This document shows, one piece after another, positions 39,379 through 53,994 of a stretch of 64,000 nt of DNA (position 1 is its first letter; each line of letters begins with the position of its first letter). The stretch lies in contig JAAILG010000702.1 of the NCBI GenBank assembly GCA_012026655.1, positions 1 to 64,000 on the forward strand. Direction: 5' to 3'. This DNA is from Hydrolagus affinis (lineage: Eukaryota). Both the position numbers and the translations under genes were made by a program. Under the pieces are notes generated by a model. The model did no database searches. It saw only the letters and a program-made list of their open reading frames with translations, and was not told the DNA's origin.

Positions 39379-40350
39379 TTATTTCTCAAAGCAATTGTTT
39401 TAATGAGTCTTCTGCAATAAATAATTTCAATTTATTTAAGTGTGCAAGACTTGAGCTTAAAATAACCACTTTGGGCCATGATGAAATTTACAGTATTCTA
39501 GTAAAGGTTTTAAGTGCAGAAACACATCACAATACAGTTTGATTGTACAATTTTATATTTACAATGTCTTTCATGGCAGGAGGACATCCCAGGGCACTTA
39601 ACAGTCCTGGTTTGACACCCGAGCTAGAAGTGGGAGCAGAGGGAATTGGGAAGTAAATGAACCTTGAATGAGTGAGGGAGTGAGCAAGATGGAGGGACTC
39701 CAGTACGATGTTTCTGAGAGCGTGGGAGTGGCTGAAAGCCTCGCATTTGAAGTTGGTGACTTGAATTTGATAGTATTTTGTAAGGATTCATTAATATAAT
39801 GCCTTGTTGAAATGGACACATGTTTTGACAACAATGCATTCTTATAACCCTTCCTTTGGATGAGATGTTAAACTGGGGTCTCATCTGCCTGTTGAGGTTA
39901 GGGTATTAAAGATCCCAAGGCATTACTTGAAAAGATTTTCTCCTGGTGTCTTGGCCAACAAATCCCCCAAATAGAATTGGTAACTGACTCCATGGCTGTT
40001 TGCAAATGGCTACCATGTTTTGCCCACAAAATACACTGTCAAACCACTTTAAAGTAAATCCCGCGAAACGCCCTGAGATGTTTTGATAACATGGTAATGC
40101 AAGGCACAAGTCCCTAATACCTGAACCCCTGTGAGTTCAGATATTAGGGAGTTGCAGGAACCAAATGCAGTAATTTCCAGATAGTTGTTATCTATTTTCA
40201 TGTGTTAAGATTAAAATTAATATTGTGTTCTGATAACACAAGAAGGAATAACCGAGATGAATAATAATAATCTTTGCATTGATAGTACACCTAAAACATC
40301 GAACATCTCAAAGCTCCACAATTATTTGTGAAGTACCGTGACAGTATGTA

Positions 40351-40668
40351 GAGTCCTGCAGCTCAGTGGTTAAAGCACTCGCCTTACAAGTGTGAGACCT
40401 GTGTTCCGAATCCAGGCAGGTCAGGGTGAAACCTTGGGCAAGTTTCCTTACTCTACACGCCTAATAATAACCTGTCAAAAAAAAACTATAATATATTGGT
40501 CATTTCAATCTACAACTGTTTGTGGGACACTGCCGTGCGTAATTGGCTGCTGTGTTTCACCCACAAATATACAGTCAATTCACTTTACAGTATATTCTGT
40601 GAAGTGCTTTGAGACGTCTAGAAGACGTGAAAAGTGCTTTATCAAAATGCAAGGATTATTATTATTAG
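40351..40668 (+). mobile_element. Well-preserved tRNA-headed SINE nested in an older antisense SINE (40261-40350 plus 40670-40920)
   Basis: Head gagtcctgcagctcagtggttaaagcac, tail atcaaaatgcaaggattattattatt. Confidence 0.85.
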
Positions 40669-40972
40669 TACTGTAGTATACTTTGTAAGTGAAAGGCAGC
40701 CAATTTGCGCACAGCATTATCCTACAAATAACTAATCAAGCGAATGACAAATTTTATCTGTGGGATTTTTGGTAAGGACAGTGGAAAGAAATTCTTTTCT
40801 TTTTGAATAGTGCCACAAAATCTTTATTGCCCACCTAAGTTGGGTGACACAGCCTTGGTTTAACATCTCATCTGAAAGACGGCCACCTCGCACTGCAATG
40901 GAGCTTCTGCTGAGACTATAACATTGATTAAGTTTGCATAAAGGGTGATGATATTTTACATCAGGCTAGCTA

Positions 40973-41314
<342 letters not shown>

Positions 41315-41978
41315 TTATTGCACTTTATCACATTGAAAAGCGAATGGTTATATCTTTGTGGGAAAGCTGGGCAGCCAGAATAACATCACAAAGTGAATGA
41401 TCAGTTTATCTAGAGGGGTTCTTGATCAGGATACTAGGAGAGAAAACACCCTTTTTTTTTGTTTCTTAACATCTAGTCTGAGACAGAAGGACAGGGCTTC
41501 GCTTGAAAATCTTTCCCCTCAGGTGATATCCTCTGACTACTGTACTTTGTTTTTGATGTGCTGAGTACCTGACACATGTGGAAATCCATCTCCATGCTTA
41601 AGAGGATCCAACCCAGACTGAACGTTCTATGCATCCCACATATACATGGAAATTCCTCCGACAAAGCACTGCTTTCCCTATGCTAAGCCTAAACCGTCAA
41701 TCCACTAACCCATAGGCAAGAGTGCCACCTATTGAGCCAACCTGCCAAACAAGGCTGCAATGTGGCTCTAACAACTAATTAATAACAGACAATTGGAAAT
41801 GGGATATTTTAAGGTTGAAGTCTCTGAAATGTCAACAGGAAGGATGGGGATAACTATAAATGCAGTAGAAGTGTTACGAATTTATGAAATTATTCAATTT
41901 GGTGTTAACCTTGAAATCTGTTTCTTCAAATAATTTTTACAGAGAGCCAACTTCAAAATAAAGATTGCATTTTTGCTA

Positions 41979-42278
<300 letters not shown>

Positions 42279-42888
42279 CTACTAAATATCTCCAGTAATT
42301 CATTAACGTGGAAAACTTTTTCACGCATAATACAGTATGGCCTGAAGAGACATCATTAGGTTGTGTTAGGGAATTATCCAGTAAGTAAGACAGTCAATTT
42401 GTACACAGCAATGTGCCACAAACAGCTGTGGAGTGAGTGACCCATTATTTCTGGGAAATTGTTGGTCTGACTGAAAAGACAAATAGAAACAAAAGAAAAT
42501 GCCCTGTCTCACTTCACTTCAGAAACTAAGGATTGCCTTTAAAATGTGAATATCTGAATGCCAAAAGCGAGTTAACTACATCAACATTAAACATAATGTG
42601 ATTCATAGTCATGACCTTCCACTGAAAAAATATATATTTTTAAATCCTTACATTCAATATAGCGCCTTATCACGTCTTAGAGACATCTCAAAGTGCTTCA
42701 CAGAATGCACGGTAAAGTGAATCGAGCGTACATTTTGTGGGAGAAATGCAGGAACCAATTACACACAGTAGTGCCCCACAAATAGATGAGGACTGATTTA
42801 CCAATTATATATATTTTTCAAGGAATTATTACCCGGAAAAACGATCCACCCATCGTTTAACAACCGGGTTAAAAAAAATACCATATTA

Positions 42889-43110
<222 letters not shown>

Positions 43111-45699
43111 TCACATATCTACCTTTAATAACTGACACCAATCAGGATATCACATTTATTATCTTTAATAACTGAGAACCACTGAATTTTATGAATATTA
43201 ATAAACCTTGCATTTCATATAGTGTCCGACATCAAAACATCTCAATGTGACTCGCAGGGAAGTGCTGGCAGGTGAAGTGATTGTGTATTTGTAGGTGAAT
43301 ATGATCAAGCAAAGATACTGCAAGAAACTCCCTTCTCCTATGAGATCTTTAAGGTCCGCCTGAACATGCAGACCGAGACGTATGTTAACATTTCAAGAGA
43401 AGTACTTCTGCCAAGGGGGCGCTGTCCTGCATTGAGCTGGGCTGTCAGCCTAGACTGTGAAATATCTAGAAAATAGGTGAAATGTTTCCTCTCTAAATCC
43501 TGCAGATACATTCCCATCTGAGTGTCAGAGTAAAGTTGTACCTTGTCTGGGGCAGAAATAACATTGTACATCTCTCAACTGCACCTGAACATCTTAATGG
43601 TAATGTATGCTAGAGCTCAAGGAAAGCTGGTTTTAAACCCATCACAGATGTAAAGACATCCAACAGCTGTGGAAAGAGTTGATGAATTTTCAAGGTGTTG
43701 CTTGCGTTGGTGACTTTCTGCCTGTTGCTTACGTTACCATGTTTCATTAAAAATGTTTTTAAAAATGTAGTGACTGTGAGCATGTGCAACTAACATGAGA
43801 AAGTCCAGTTCTAAGCTAACCTCATTAATGTCAGTAAATTTAACAATGCAACTGTCAGGTCATTGCTCCAGGTGTTCAAAATTACTTAACGTTTGGCAAT
43901 TTGCCCTCATTCCCATAACATGTTTCTATTAGTTTGTGAAGGGGGAGGCGGGGTGGTCCTGTATAATGCAAAACTTTCCTTATTATCAGGTTTGTTTAGT
44001 TACATTTATCAAACACACTAAAGTTTCCCGCTCTGTCAAGCATACTGGTTGGGATAAATGAATGCTTAAATTATCCAAGTTACAGTCGGGTAACTGCAAA
44101 AATATTAAACCTGCCCCACTTTAGTTATAGACGTTCTCAGCGCCTTGGGATGTCCTCCTGATGTGAAAGGCGCTATACAAGTGTAATTTTGTTGTTGTTC
44201 CTGAATACAACTCTATCATTCTTTAGTTGCTGTTAAAATGAGAGTATACATCCATTTAAAACCAATATTTACAATGCTGGTATGTATGCCTGAAAGAGCA
44301 AAATAAGACATTTGCCAAAGGATCTTTTATGTGGTGCTTCACCTATCCCTGGTGCTGGTAACAACAACAAAATTACACTTGTGTAGCGCCTTTCACGTCA
44401 GGATGACATCCCAAGGTGCTGACAGCTCACAGCTCACTCACAGCTGGTTAACAGAGAACAGCAACTGTAAGGATTCCTACCACCACTTACAATTCATCCT
44501 ATTGTGCAACAAATTAGTGACAACAACGATAAATAATAATAATAATAATATTCCTTGCATTTGATATAGCACCTTATCAGGTCTTTGAGACATATCAAAG
44601 CGCTTCACAAAATATACTGTGAAGTGAATTCACTATATAATTTGTAATATGTCCTATTATTTATGTTATTTATTTATTGTTGATTATTTATCCTAATGTA
44701 CAGCAGGATTAAAGGGTTTAATATTTTTGCAGTTTCTTGCAGAAATGATTAAACCCAGATGTGTGTAGGCCGACTTGTGAGAATACTCGTCGGCTGATCT
44801 ACCTTCCGATCGGATTCCCACTGGAAGGAGATTTCTTAATTTAGAAATCTTGGTAGGAAACATTGCAAAATTGCCCGGAAACACAATTGCTTTATCTCAT
44901 CTCTGAGTCTTACAAAGTTCACATGAAGTAAAAGTATTAATAATAATCCTTGCGTTTGATATAGCGTAAAGTGTAGCGACTTTTTATTTTGCAGTAAATG
45001 AGCTTTTGCTGATATTCTATATGTTTGCTGTTGCCAAATAAATAATTCAATGGGAAGCTGGGTATAAGGTACTGTCTCCCACATGAAACGTTTGAATCTG
45101 AAGCTAGTGGATTTATGTCTCAATAATATGGTTACACAGAGAGAACATGATGGAAAGCAGTGACTGATTGCTTACACTGGTACATGAATCATACCAGTCC
45201 CAAAGTCAATAAAAACTGATAGAAATGCACAGCATACCAATGTACATTGATAACCTGTGTCTGTCAGGGCTCAGGTGGAATGATAAATTTGTCCAGATGA
45301 CAAATGGCACACATTGTATGCAGTGCGAGATACATACTGTACTATATGGCCATTGCTGGTATGTTTCCTTGTCACACAGAATTCAGGATGTCTCTGTGAC
45401 TCTCTGAGTGCACTTTCACTCCACAACTAGTTTGAACTAAACCAAACCTCAGTCTCTCTGTGTCATTTCATCTCAGCTAAGACGTCTTAAATCCAAAACA
45501 ACATTGGGAAATCAGAGTATCCCCAGGCTTTGTAATGGGTCAACTTAGCTGTGTAATTTTGCCAACAAATATACAGTCAATTCACTTTACAATATATCCT
45601 GTGAAGTGCTTTGAGACGTCTAGGATACGCTATATCCAATGCAAGGATTATTATTATTATTAAATAACCAGGTTCATCCATTACAAGGTTACCATATCA

Positions 45700-46750
45700 A
45701 CCTGTCCGCTCAGCTGGCTCTGGCCTGCACCATCCACACTCCCCCATCCGGCTATCAATGATGGGCCTTCAGTCTCACTGCCGCACTCTTTGGAACTCCC
45801 ACAGTCCCTTTGTTTTCACCCCTCCTTCAAGGTACATCTCAAGACCCTCTTCGAACCGGCCTTCAGCCACCGTCTTACGCCTGCCCTTCACCATTCCTCA
45901 TCCCGTCTCATGCTAAGGTCCAAAGCACTAACTGTCCAGCATGTAGGGATGTCCTTCCAACATGAAAGGTGCTATACATATGTAATTTGTTGTTATTGAT
46001 ATATAACAACTTCCATCTATATAGCGCCCTCCATGTTGGGCAGCATCTGACAATGGCAGAGCCTGAGGCCGAGCCTGTAGGAAGGGCATGGTGACCGTAG
46101 GAGCGGTTGGAAGAAGGTCTTCAGGCATGACCTGAAGATGTGGAAGGAGGGTGGAGGGAGGGGGATGAGGCAAAGGAGTTGAGGGAGGGAATTCCAAAGT
46201 TTTGGGACATAATGGCTGAAAGCACGACCACTGGTTGTGGAACAGAGAATTCGGGGGACAAAGAAGAGATCTGTGAGGAGAGAGGAGGTCAGGGAGATAG
46301 TGAGGGTGCCAAGGAATGGAGAGATTTAAACAATATAGTGAGGATCCTGAAGTCAATCCGCTCTGTGACAAGGAGCAAACGGAGCTTGGCAAGAACTGGG
46401 TAATCGGGGTACAATGTTTGGTGTGGGTGAGAATGCGGCCAGCGGAGTTTTGAATGAATTGAACTTGGCAAGGAGGGTGTTAGGGAGTAGTCCGGCCAGA
46501 AGGTGACAAAGGCATGGACTACGGTTTTGACAGCCTTTGGAGTGAGGTATTGACGGAGCTGGGCAATGCGTCATAGATGGAAGCAAGTGCTGCTGGTCAG
46601 GGACCGGATGTGGGAGAGGAAAGATAATTAGGGATCGAACCTGAAGCCTAAATTGCTCATGGGTTCAGAGAGTTTTAAGGACAGGTCGGGTAGATTGAGG
46701 AGGTCACAACTACAGGACAGAAGACATCAACAGGAACCAAAGGGTATGAG
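45700..46750. mobile_element. Tail-to-tail pair of degenerate L2 3' fragments (+ 45700-45997, - 46000-46750)
   Basis: L2-like peptides (ERIDFRILTILFKSLH; SFKVHLKTLF) and facing tails. Confidence 0.7.
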
Positions 46751-47012
46751 CTAAAACTCCTCCACTTCATACAACAAAACTAAGTTACATTTAAAGAGCG
46801 CCTTTCATGTCGGGAGGATGACCTAAGGAGCTGGAGAGTTTGACACAGTACAATTTGGATGGAAAATGAGATTCCAGTTAATTTTTTCGAAAGTCACCTC
46901 CAACTTAAGACTCCTAGCCAGCTCTGTAAAACGTTTTGAGATATCTTGCAGACATGAAAGGTGCTACATTAAAGTAAATTGTTTGTTATTGTTCTCAATG
47001 GTTTCTGTATTA

Positions 47013-47348
<336 letters not shown>

Positions 47349-47593
47349 TTAAGTCACAGGAAAGTCAATGATTTAAGAATCAAAGCAATCCTCAGTTGTC
47401 GATTATCCTTAGTTGCCAATCACAGTGATTTTGTAAAGAACCAAGCTTGCTGAGCTGCTATCAATGGTCTGCTTTGAATTACCAAGCAGTGGTAATTCAT
47501 ATCTATTGTGTCAATTCTTAGCTATTGTGTCATATCCTGACACAATAGATAAGGGGAATAATACACTGGTGGAAAGACGTCACTTCTACTCAC

Positions 47594-47631
47594 CTAGTGA
47601 TCACCCAAAGTCCAAACAGCGAAACACCCAC
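47594..47631 (-). CDS. CFTR: CFTR exon 16 (38 bp; VGVSLFGLWVIT)
   Basis: tctcctcag acceptor, gtgagt donor; 38 bp as in human. Confidence 0.93.
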
Positions 47632-48039
47632 CTGAGGAGAAACAATGCAGAAGGAATGACATTGCTAGAAATGGTCAGCCCATGGTATCCCAGTAGAGAA
47701 CCATACCGAACCTTCATTGTGAACTGTTGAAAGGAATCTCGGTTGCCACAAACTGGACTTTTCCCTTTCATATGCTTATTTTTCTTGTATTCTACAGGCG
47801 TGACTATGTTTATCAATCAAACAAAAGCTTTCTGCTTGCTCATTTGCTACCTCAAACATAACAGTCATTCACCGTGGTAGAATTTATCAATCACTCTAGG
47901 TAACTTTGATTTATTGGAAGATCTGAAGTCTGTGACTGTAACCTGAACCATTGAACAACAGCAACCACAATAACAACAATAAAATTACATTTGTATAGCA
48001 TCTTTCACGTTGGAAGGACATCCCAAGGTGCTGTGTTTT

Positions 48040-48177
48040 ATTATTGTTTGTTTTTGAGGGATTATTATCAGGATTGTAGAGTAAGGAAACTTGCCCAAGG
48101 TTTCACCCTGCCTGGAATCAAACCCAGATCTCTTGCTTGCAAGGCTAGTGCTCTAACCCACTGAGCTACAGGACTCC
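48040..48177 (-). mobile_element. 5' half of a tRNA-headed SINE
   Basis: Reverse complement of head gagtcctgtagctcagtgggttagagcact. Confidence 0.8.
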
Positions 48178-48396
48178 ACATACATTGAAATAGACAAAAA
48201 ATCTTATTCAAAGGATGGCATCTCCAGTAATGCAGTGTTTGCTCAACATTCCACTGGAATAGGCCAAGAGCATGAGTTTAAGTCAAATCTTCCAATGGAG
48301 TTTCTGTCTAATTTGAAGCAGAAACTCCATTGGAATTACGTGTGAGTTTCTGTGAAAAGAATAAATAAGCCCCTCACAATCGCACATTGCATTCCT

Positions 48397-48615
48397 TTAG
48401 AAAGAGCTCAATTTAGAGAGCTCTGGTTATAGAGCTCAGAAATGAGAGCTCAGAAAAGAGAGCGCAGATAAGAGTGTTCTGGTTAGAGAGCTCATGATGG
48501 AGAGCTCTGGTTAGAGAGCCCTGGTTAGAGAGGTTGGGATAGACAGCTCAGGTTACACTGCTCAGGTTAGAGAGCTCCGATTAAAGAGAGTTTAGGTGAG
48601 AGCTCAGGTTAGAAA
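48397..48615. repeat. 14-bp minisatellite (ttagagagctc[t/a]gg), about 15 degenerate units
   Basis: Visible periodic gagctc cores. Confidence 0.85.
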
Positions 48616-48929
48616 CTGTAGTATGTAAGAACTGGTGTAAATCCGAGATCAATCAGTCTGGATGACTCCTGACCGTCTCTTTTAAAAGCAACAACGTATG
48701 TTGAATCCCGAAAACAGTATACTCTGTCCATTCTGATTCAGGATTAGGGAGTAGCAGGGGTTTTGGTGGCTTAAGAAGAAGGGGCATTAGGGAAACTAAA
48801 TAATGCTTGCTGGAAACCACACAAAATACACAGTCACTACACTTTACAGCAATTCCTGTGAAGCATTTTGAGAATCCCTTTCCTGATCTGAAAGGCACCA
48901 TATCAAATATAAATGATTATTCCTATGAT

Positions 48930-49029
48930 NNNNNNNNNNNNNNNNNNNNNNNNNNNNNNNNNNNNNNNNNNNNNNNNNNNNNNNNNNNNNNNNNNNNNNN
49001 NNNNNNNNNNNNNNNNNNNNNNNNNNNNN
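48930..49029. other. Assembly gap (100 N)
   Basis: Run of N flanked by SINE copies. Confidence 1.
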
Positions 49030-49198
49030 TCCACGACTGTTTGTGGGACACTGCTGTGCGCAATTGGCTGCCGCGATTCACCCACAAATATATACAGTCA
49101 ATTCACTTTACAGTATATTCTGTGAAGCGCTTTGAGACGTCGATAAGATGTGAAAAGCGCTATATCAAATGCAAGGATTATTATTATTATTATTATTA
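49030..49198 (+). mobile_element. CpG-retaining young SINE 3' part, cut by the gap
   Basis: Close to family consensus, with a (tta)n tail. Confidence 0.85.
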
Positions 49199-50554
49199 AT
49201 GTGATGAATTCTATAAATAAAGGATGAGCTTTCCTAAAAATAACAAGTGACATAATAATAACCGTTGCATATGATTTAGCTACTTACCACATCATTGGGA
49301 CATATCAATGTACTTTAGAGAGCTCTGTAAAGCACTAAACTGTAAGGTGGATTGACTATACATTTTGTTGGTGAAACGCGGCAGTCAATTGCGCACATCA
49401 GTGTCCCACAAACAGTTGTGGACTGAGTGATCAAATTATTATTGTTTTTAAAGGGATTATTACTTGTTATTTTGAAGGGATTATTATTGGTATTATTGTG
49501 TGCCATTATTTTCTAGGGCCTTCGAGGTAAATGTTTTTTTTTAACCAGTCAAATAAGAAGTTCCCATATACCAAGCCCTCATTGCTCAAGAACTTAATAA
49601 GTATCATATTCCTTCTATTTGATCCTCACTGATAATAGCAATTATTTGTAGAGGTGTATATTTATGGATAGGTGTGTAAGCCATTCTGCAAACAGCAAAG
49701 TCCAACATGAAGTAAATCACCAAATTTTCTGGAGGACTGTTGACTGAGGACATCAATAAGTCTTTTGTTGTCTGATTCTGGCCGGATGTTCTCAGTCTCC
49801 CCAACCCACACACACACCTTGGCACAGAGTCAGATTTCCTTAACATCTAATTTTGCTGCTGGACTGTATTTATCTGCACTCAAAGCCGCTACTGAGAGCA
49901 GAATAAAATGAAACGTTTGTTTTGCAGGGAATGACATTTTAAAGTGGTTTGTTAATCAATAACTTCTCATTTGTAATGCACTCAAGTGAGTCTGGCTGCA
50001 GAGGCAGTATATGAGACAATACCAACCAGGTATAGTGTAAAGGAATTCCAGGGATAAATTGCTGGAAGCAGTTTCGGTATTTGATCAGGTGGAAAGAAAA
50101 TAATAAAAATAATATGCCCAATAATCTTGCATTTTGATCCAGTATAATTTACATCAGGAGGATGTCTCAATGCGCTTCACAGGATTTACTGCATAGTGAT
50201 TTCAAATGCGAACAAGGCAGTCAACGTGCATGAAGTAATGTCCCACAAGCAATCATGAAGTAAATGACCTATTTAGCTGGTGGTTGCTACCCAGGACACC
50301 AGGGAAAAACTTCCTCTTCTTTTCGAACAGTGTCAGGGGATCTTTAATATCCACCTGAACAGGCAGATAGTACCCGGATTGGGAGATAGCAGCGAGAAAT
50401 GATTGTAAACGTGCTGGTGAACAAGGCAGGACAATAAGAATGGACGGGATGGACTGACTGCTCTAGCCCATCAAACCTGTGGCTTGTGCATTAGTGTTGC
50501 GACAGATACACCCTGACCGTCCAACTTATCAGTAATTTAATGAGCAAGAAGGAA

Positions 50555-50960
50555 ATCTTAACATCTATCTCTCATTAAAACATGATTGTCAACCTCTTGG
50601 ATCTGGAGCCCTTCCCTGTATGCTATCCAAAGCAAACGATAAGGAGGAACACTCCAGTAAAAAGAAGGCAATGGCTTATAAAGTTGTTGATAAATGGATC
50701 CGGTGAGCTGCTTGGCAATTCCAAAGGTAACATTTCCAATGATTCCTTTGAAGGCTTCATAACAAAAATTTCTCAGTAAACGTTTTGTTTTGTTTACAGG
50801 GCGCAATGTCCTCCAGAGTTGTGTGACAAATGCCCCACTGCGTAAGTTGTGTATGTCTTCACTGCAGTGAAAACGTCATGGATTTCTTCTTCTTCCCAGG
50901 TAAACAAAAATGTTTGCAATAGATTTTCTCAACTGGTGCAGCGTCCTTTTAAGAAGGCCT
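50555..50960 (-). mobile_element. Degenerate CR1 LINE fragment
   Basis: Reverse complement resembles the CR1 ORF2 end seen at 34730-35222. Confidence 0.5.
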
Positions 50961-51315
50961 TATTCTATGGCCTTGATGGTCCCATCGCTCACCCCAAATC
51001 CCCTCCTCTCCCTCCACCCTCCCTGATTCCGACCCCAGGCTCAGGTCTGAAATATTAACTGCCCAGCACCTTGGAATGTCCTCCCAACGTGAAAGGCAGT
51101 ATACAAATATAATTTTGTTGTTGCTGTTGTTTATGTAGTATGGTAACTCACCATCAAACCATAACATCAATTTTAATGTGTCTGTTCTTAGACAACTGTA
51201 TACTGTATATCTATATCTATATATAAAACAAAAAGGGCCACAACAGAAAAAATAAACCATTCATAGATGAGTATTACAGTACTGTATTATGGTATTTTTC
51301 TGCTGAGCTCTTTAC

Positions 51316-51444
51316 CTCGATGATAAATATAACCAGACACAGGACAAGGACAATGACTAAGTTGCGATTGGTTGTCACATATCTAAGGTATGTGCTCCAT
51401 GTGGTGGTGATATTGCGGACTTCCTCATCATCAACGAAGCATTC
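51316..51444 (-). CDS. CFTR: CFTR exon 15 (129 bp; ECFVDDEE...TTWSTYLRYVT...IIE)
   Basis: Human length; AG/GT boundaries. Confidence 0.97.
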
Positions 51445-53249
51445 CTAGAGCAAAATAGAGGAAATACGCATAGAGTGAGAGGGAAATTTAACAGAGTGAT
51501 ATTGTATTAATTCTTGCTTTAGACAGAACCTCTATAAAGTCAACATCTCAAAAAGTATCGCAGGGAACTGTTGAGTGTGTATCTGTGAGCCATTACGTAA
51601 TATCCCACTAGCTACCATGCAGTGAATCATTAATTGTATCTGGGAGATTGCTAGCCAGGACACTGGGAGAAGTGTCCTCTTGTTTTCAAGTAGTGTCATG
51701 AGATCTTTAACATGCATGTGAAGGTGAGGGCAGCTCATGAACATACTTGGCTACTCATTGAGAAACCTGCCAGAAGTTTTGCCTCGGAGGGGAAGGAAGG
51801 AGACCTTAGTGAGTCTACCCTTCTCTCCAAAGTGTTCACCTCAAGACTGGCAAACCCAGCTAGCCAAATGAGGGCAGTCCAGCTTTGATGCTACTGGGAA
51901 TGGAAGGCAAGTTTTGTAGCTAATGGCTCAACTTGTCCCTGACATTTCTAATGCTTTCTGCTGATTTCCACTTTTTTTTTAAACATTGGTTGTGCTGGAA
52001 CCTTAAGTTAACAATTTAGTAATCACGCTCAGGATTCTTAAATGTGTGGGGAATAGTGCTCTGGTCAGGCCAAACCAGGAAAACTGGCTTAGTTCTGGTC
52101 ATCGCAGCTTAAGGTGGCTTCTGAGGCCTTAGAGGTAGTGCAGAAGACAGTGAGTTTAATCCCCAGTACAATAGGAATGGGTGAGTAAATTAACTGCCAC
52201 ATTCACCTACAAATACAGTCACTACACACCACAATAATTCCTGTAAAGTGCTTTGGGATATTTCAATGATGTATTATTATGAAATGATCAATGGTCTTTT
52301 TAGACCAGCAGGGAAGACCAATTAGCCCATTGTGTCTGTGCCGGCTCATGCAAAAGGGCAATCCTCCGAGTCCCATTTAACTGCCTTTTAACGAACAAGA
52401 GAGCAAGCACTTGTGAAGGCTTTGGGCCAAACTGAGTAGGATTTTTGTTAAGGTTCCAAAGAATGTCCTAAATTGGTGATTGTTTTGTGAAGTGTACAGT
52501 TTGTTTAATTCATGCACTATCTTCAAGTAGCAAAAACCTTAATTTTAAGAGGTAGTATCTTAATGCTTTTTTTGGTCAATCAATAAGCATGACTGTAATT
52601 TTCCAATTGTATTGGAGTAGTTTGACATCAGTTGCACTTGCCCTACCTGGTGACAAATGCTGTTGAGTGATATATTAAATGCTAGGATTATTATTAATAA
52701 TTGTTGCATTGGGTCTGAGGAGCAATGAATATTTTGCTTTTTATTTAACACTTGAAAGAACTCTAAAGCACCTTGTAAAATCTATTACCTTGAAATTATA
52801 GTAACGTTTATTATGCTTCAAAATATGGCAACAACTCTGTAAACAGAGGCTTTCTCACAAACAGCATTGTGAAATGAATTGTTTGAGACGCTGGCCTGTG
52901 TGGAGGGTGCTATGTAAGTACAAGTTATTGCTGTTATTTCCTGGTGAATTCTAAGATGAGGACTATTGGCCAGGGCACTAGATCTCCCCATTATTCTGTG
53001 AAATAATACTGCAGTGTGGAACGTTGCCTATACCAGAGCCTTGGGACGTCCTCCCGACATGAAGGGCACTCTATAAATGTAATTTTGTTGTTGTTGTTCA
53101 ACCCACAACTTCTGAATCAGAGCGGAGAGTGTTACTAACTGAGTAACACTTACTAAATGTGTCTAAAGAACTGGTGGGAAGAGGAGCCTATGGTAGTTTT
53201 ATGGACAATGAAGCATCATGACTCTGAAAGCTGGTGTATCTCAACATAC

Positions 53250-53994
53250 CTTTAGGTCCTCTTCATTTATTTCTTCGCTAATTTCAAATTTGCCATCTTC
53301 GGACAAACGCCTGGAATAAATGTCTATCTCGGAGGCGAAGTTGGTCTGAGGAGCCATGGACAATTTGCGCATGGTGTTTTTCCGTGCGTGCAATCTGCTC
53401 TGTGATGTTGAAGCGTTGGTCATGAGTGCCAGAACAGACTGCCGTCTGTATGAGTGAAAGGCAACATCGCTTCTGAATATTCTGTTGTGGGGCTGAGAGA
53501 ATTCTGCCAGATCAGTATCTGGAATAAGAGAAAAACGCCTTTCACCCGGCTCACTGAGGCTATCCTCTGTTCCGTTTGCTTGTGGGTATGACATAGCTGT
53601 TTGAATGAGGGAGAACTTCTTGTTTGACGTTATTGGATTAATTATAATAGATGATTTTCTCTTCTCGCTGAACTCTGTCGGCGGCTGCTTGAACGATGAC
53701 TTTTGAACTTCTCCGCAGTTTCCATAACTGCTGCCGTCCCCCGAAGAGATGGAACACCGTCGCAGGGTCTCAGTGAGGATGGAGTTCCTTCTTTCAGAGC
53801 TGAAGGTGTCAAAGCCCTCGGATCCCAGCAGCAAAGAACTAAAGTCTGGCTTCTCCCCTTGAAGTTCAGAAAAGGTACCATAGAAGTAGCAGTGGCCCTC
53901 GTGTAGGAGGAGAATCTTATCTGCCTTCTTTAAATGCTCCAGCTTGGAAGTCACAAGAATTCGAGTCTTGTTTACCATCAGCTTACAAATACCA
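53250..53994 (-). CDS. CFTR: CFTR exon 14 (745 bp; end of NBD1 and R domain)
   Basis: [10 protein letters not shown]..., dibasic PKA sites RRNS, KKFS, RRFS, RRQS, RKLS, RRLS, and [12 protein letters not shown]. 7 codons longer than human (724 bp). Confidence 0.99.

Noticed and set aside
43408-43425. CTCF-like ccaagggggcgctg (also tggccactgggtggagtag near 5320)
   Set aside because: Mismatches at core positions, and the first lies in a SINE remnant. Unsupported without ChIP data.
48397-48615. CRISPR-like array
   Set aside because: Contiguous degenerate 14-mers without spacers, in vertebrate DNA with no cas genes.
48930-49029. CFTR exon hidden in the gap
   Set aside because: Exons 15 and 16 flank the gap and join in frame with human lengths, so nothing is missing.
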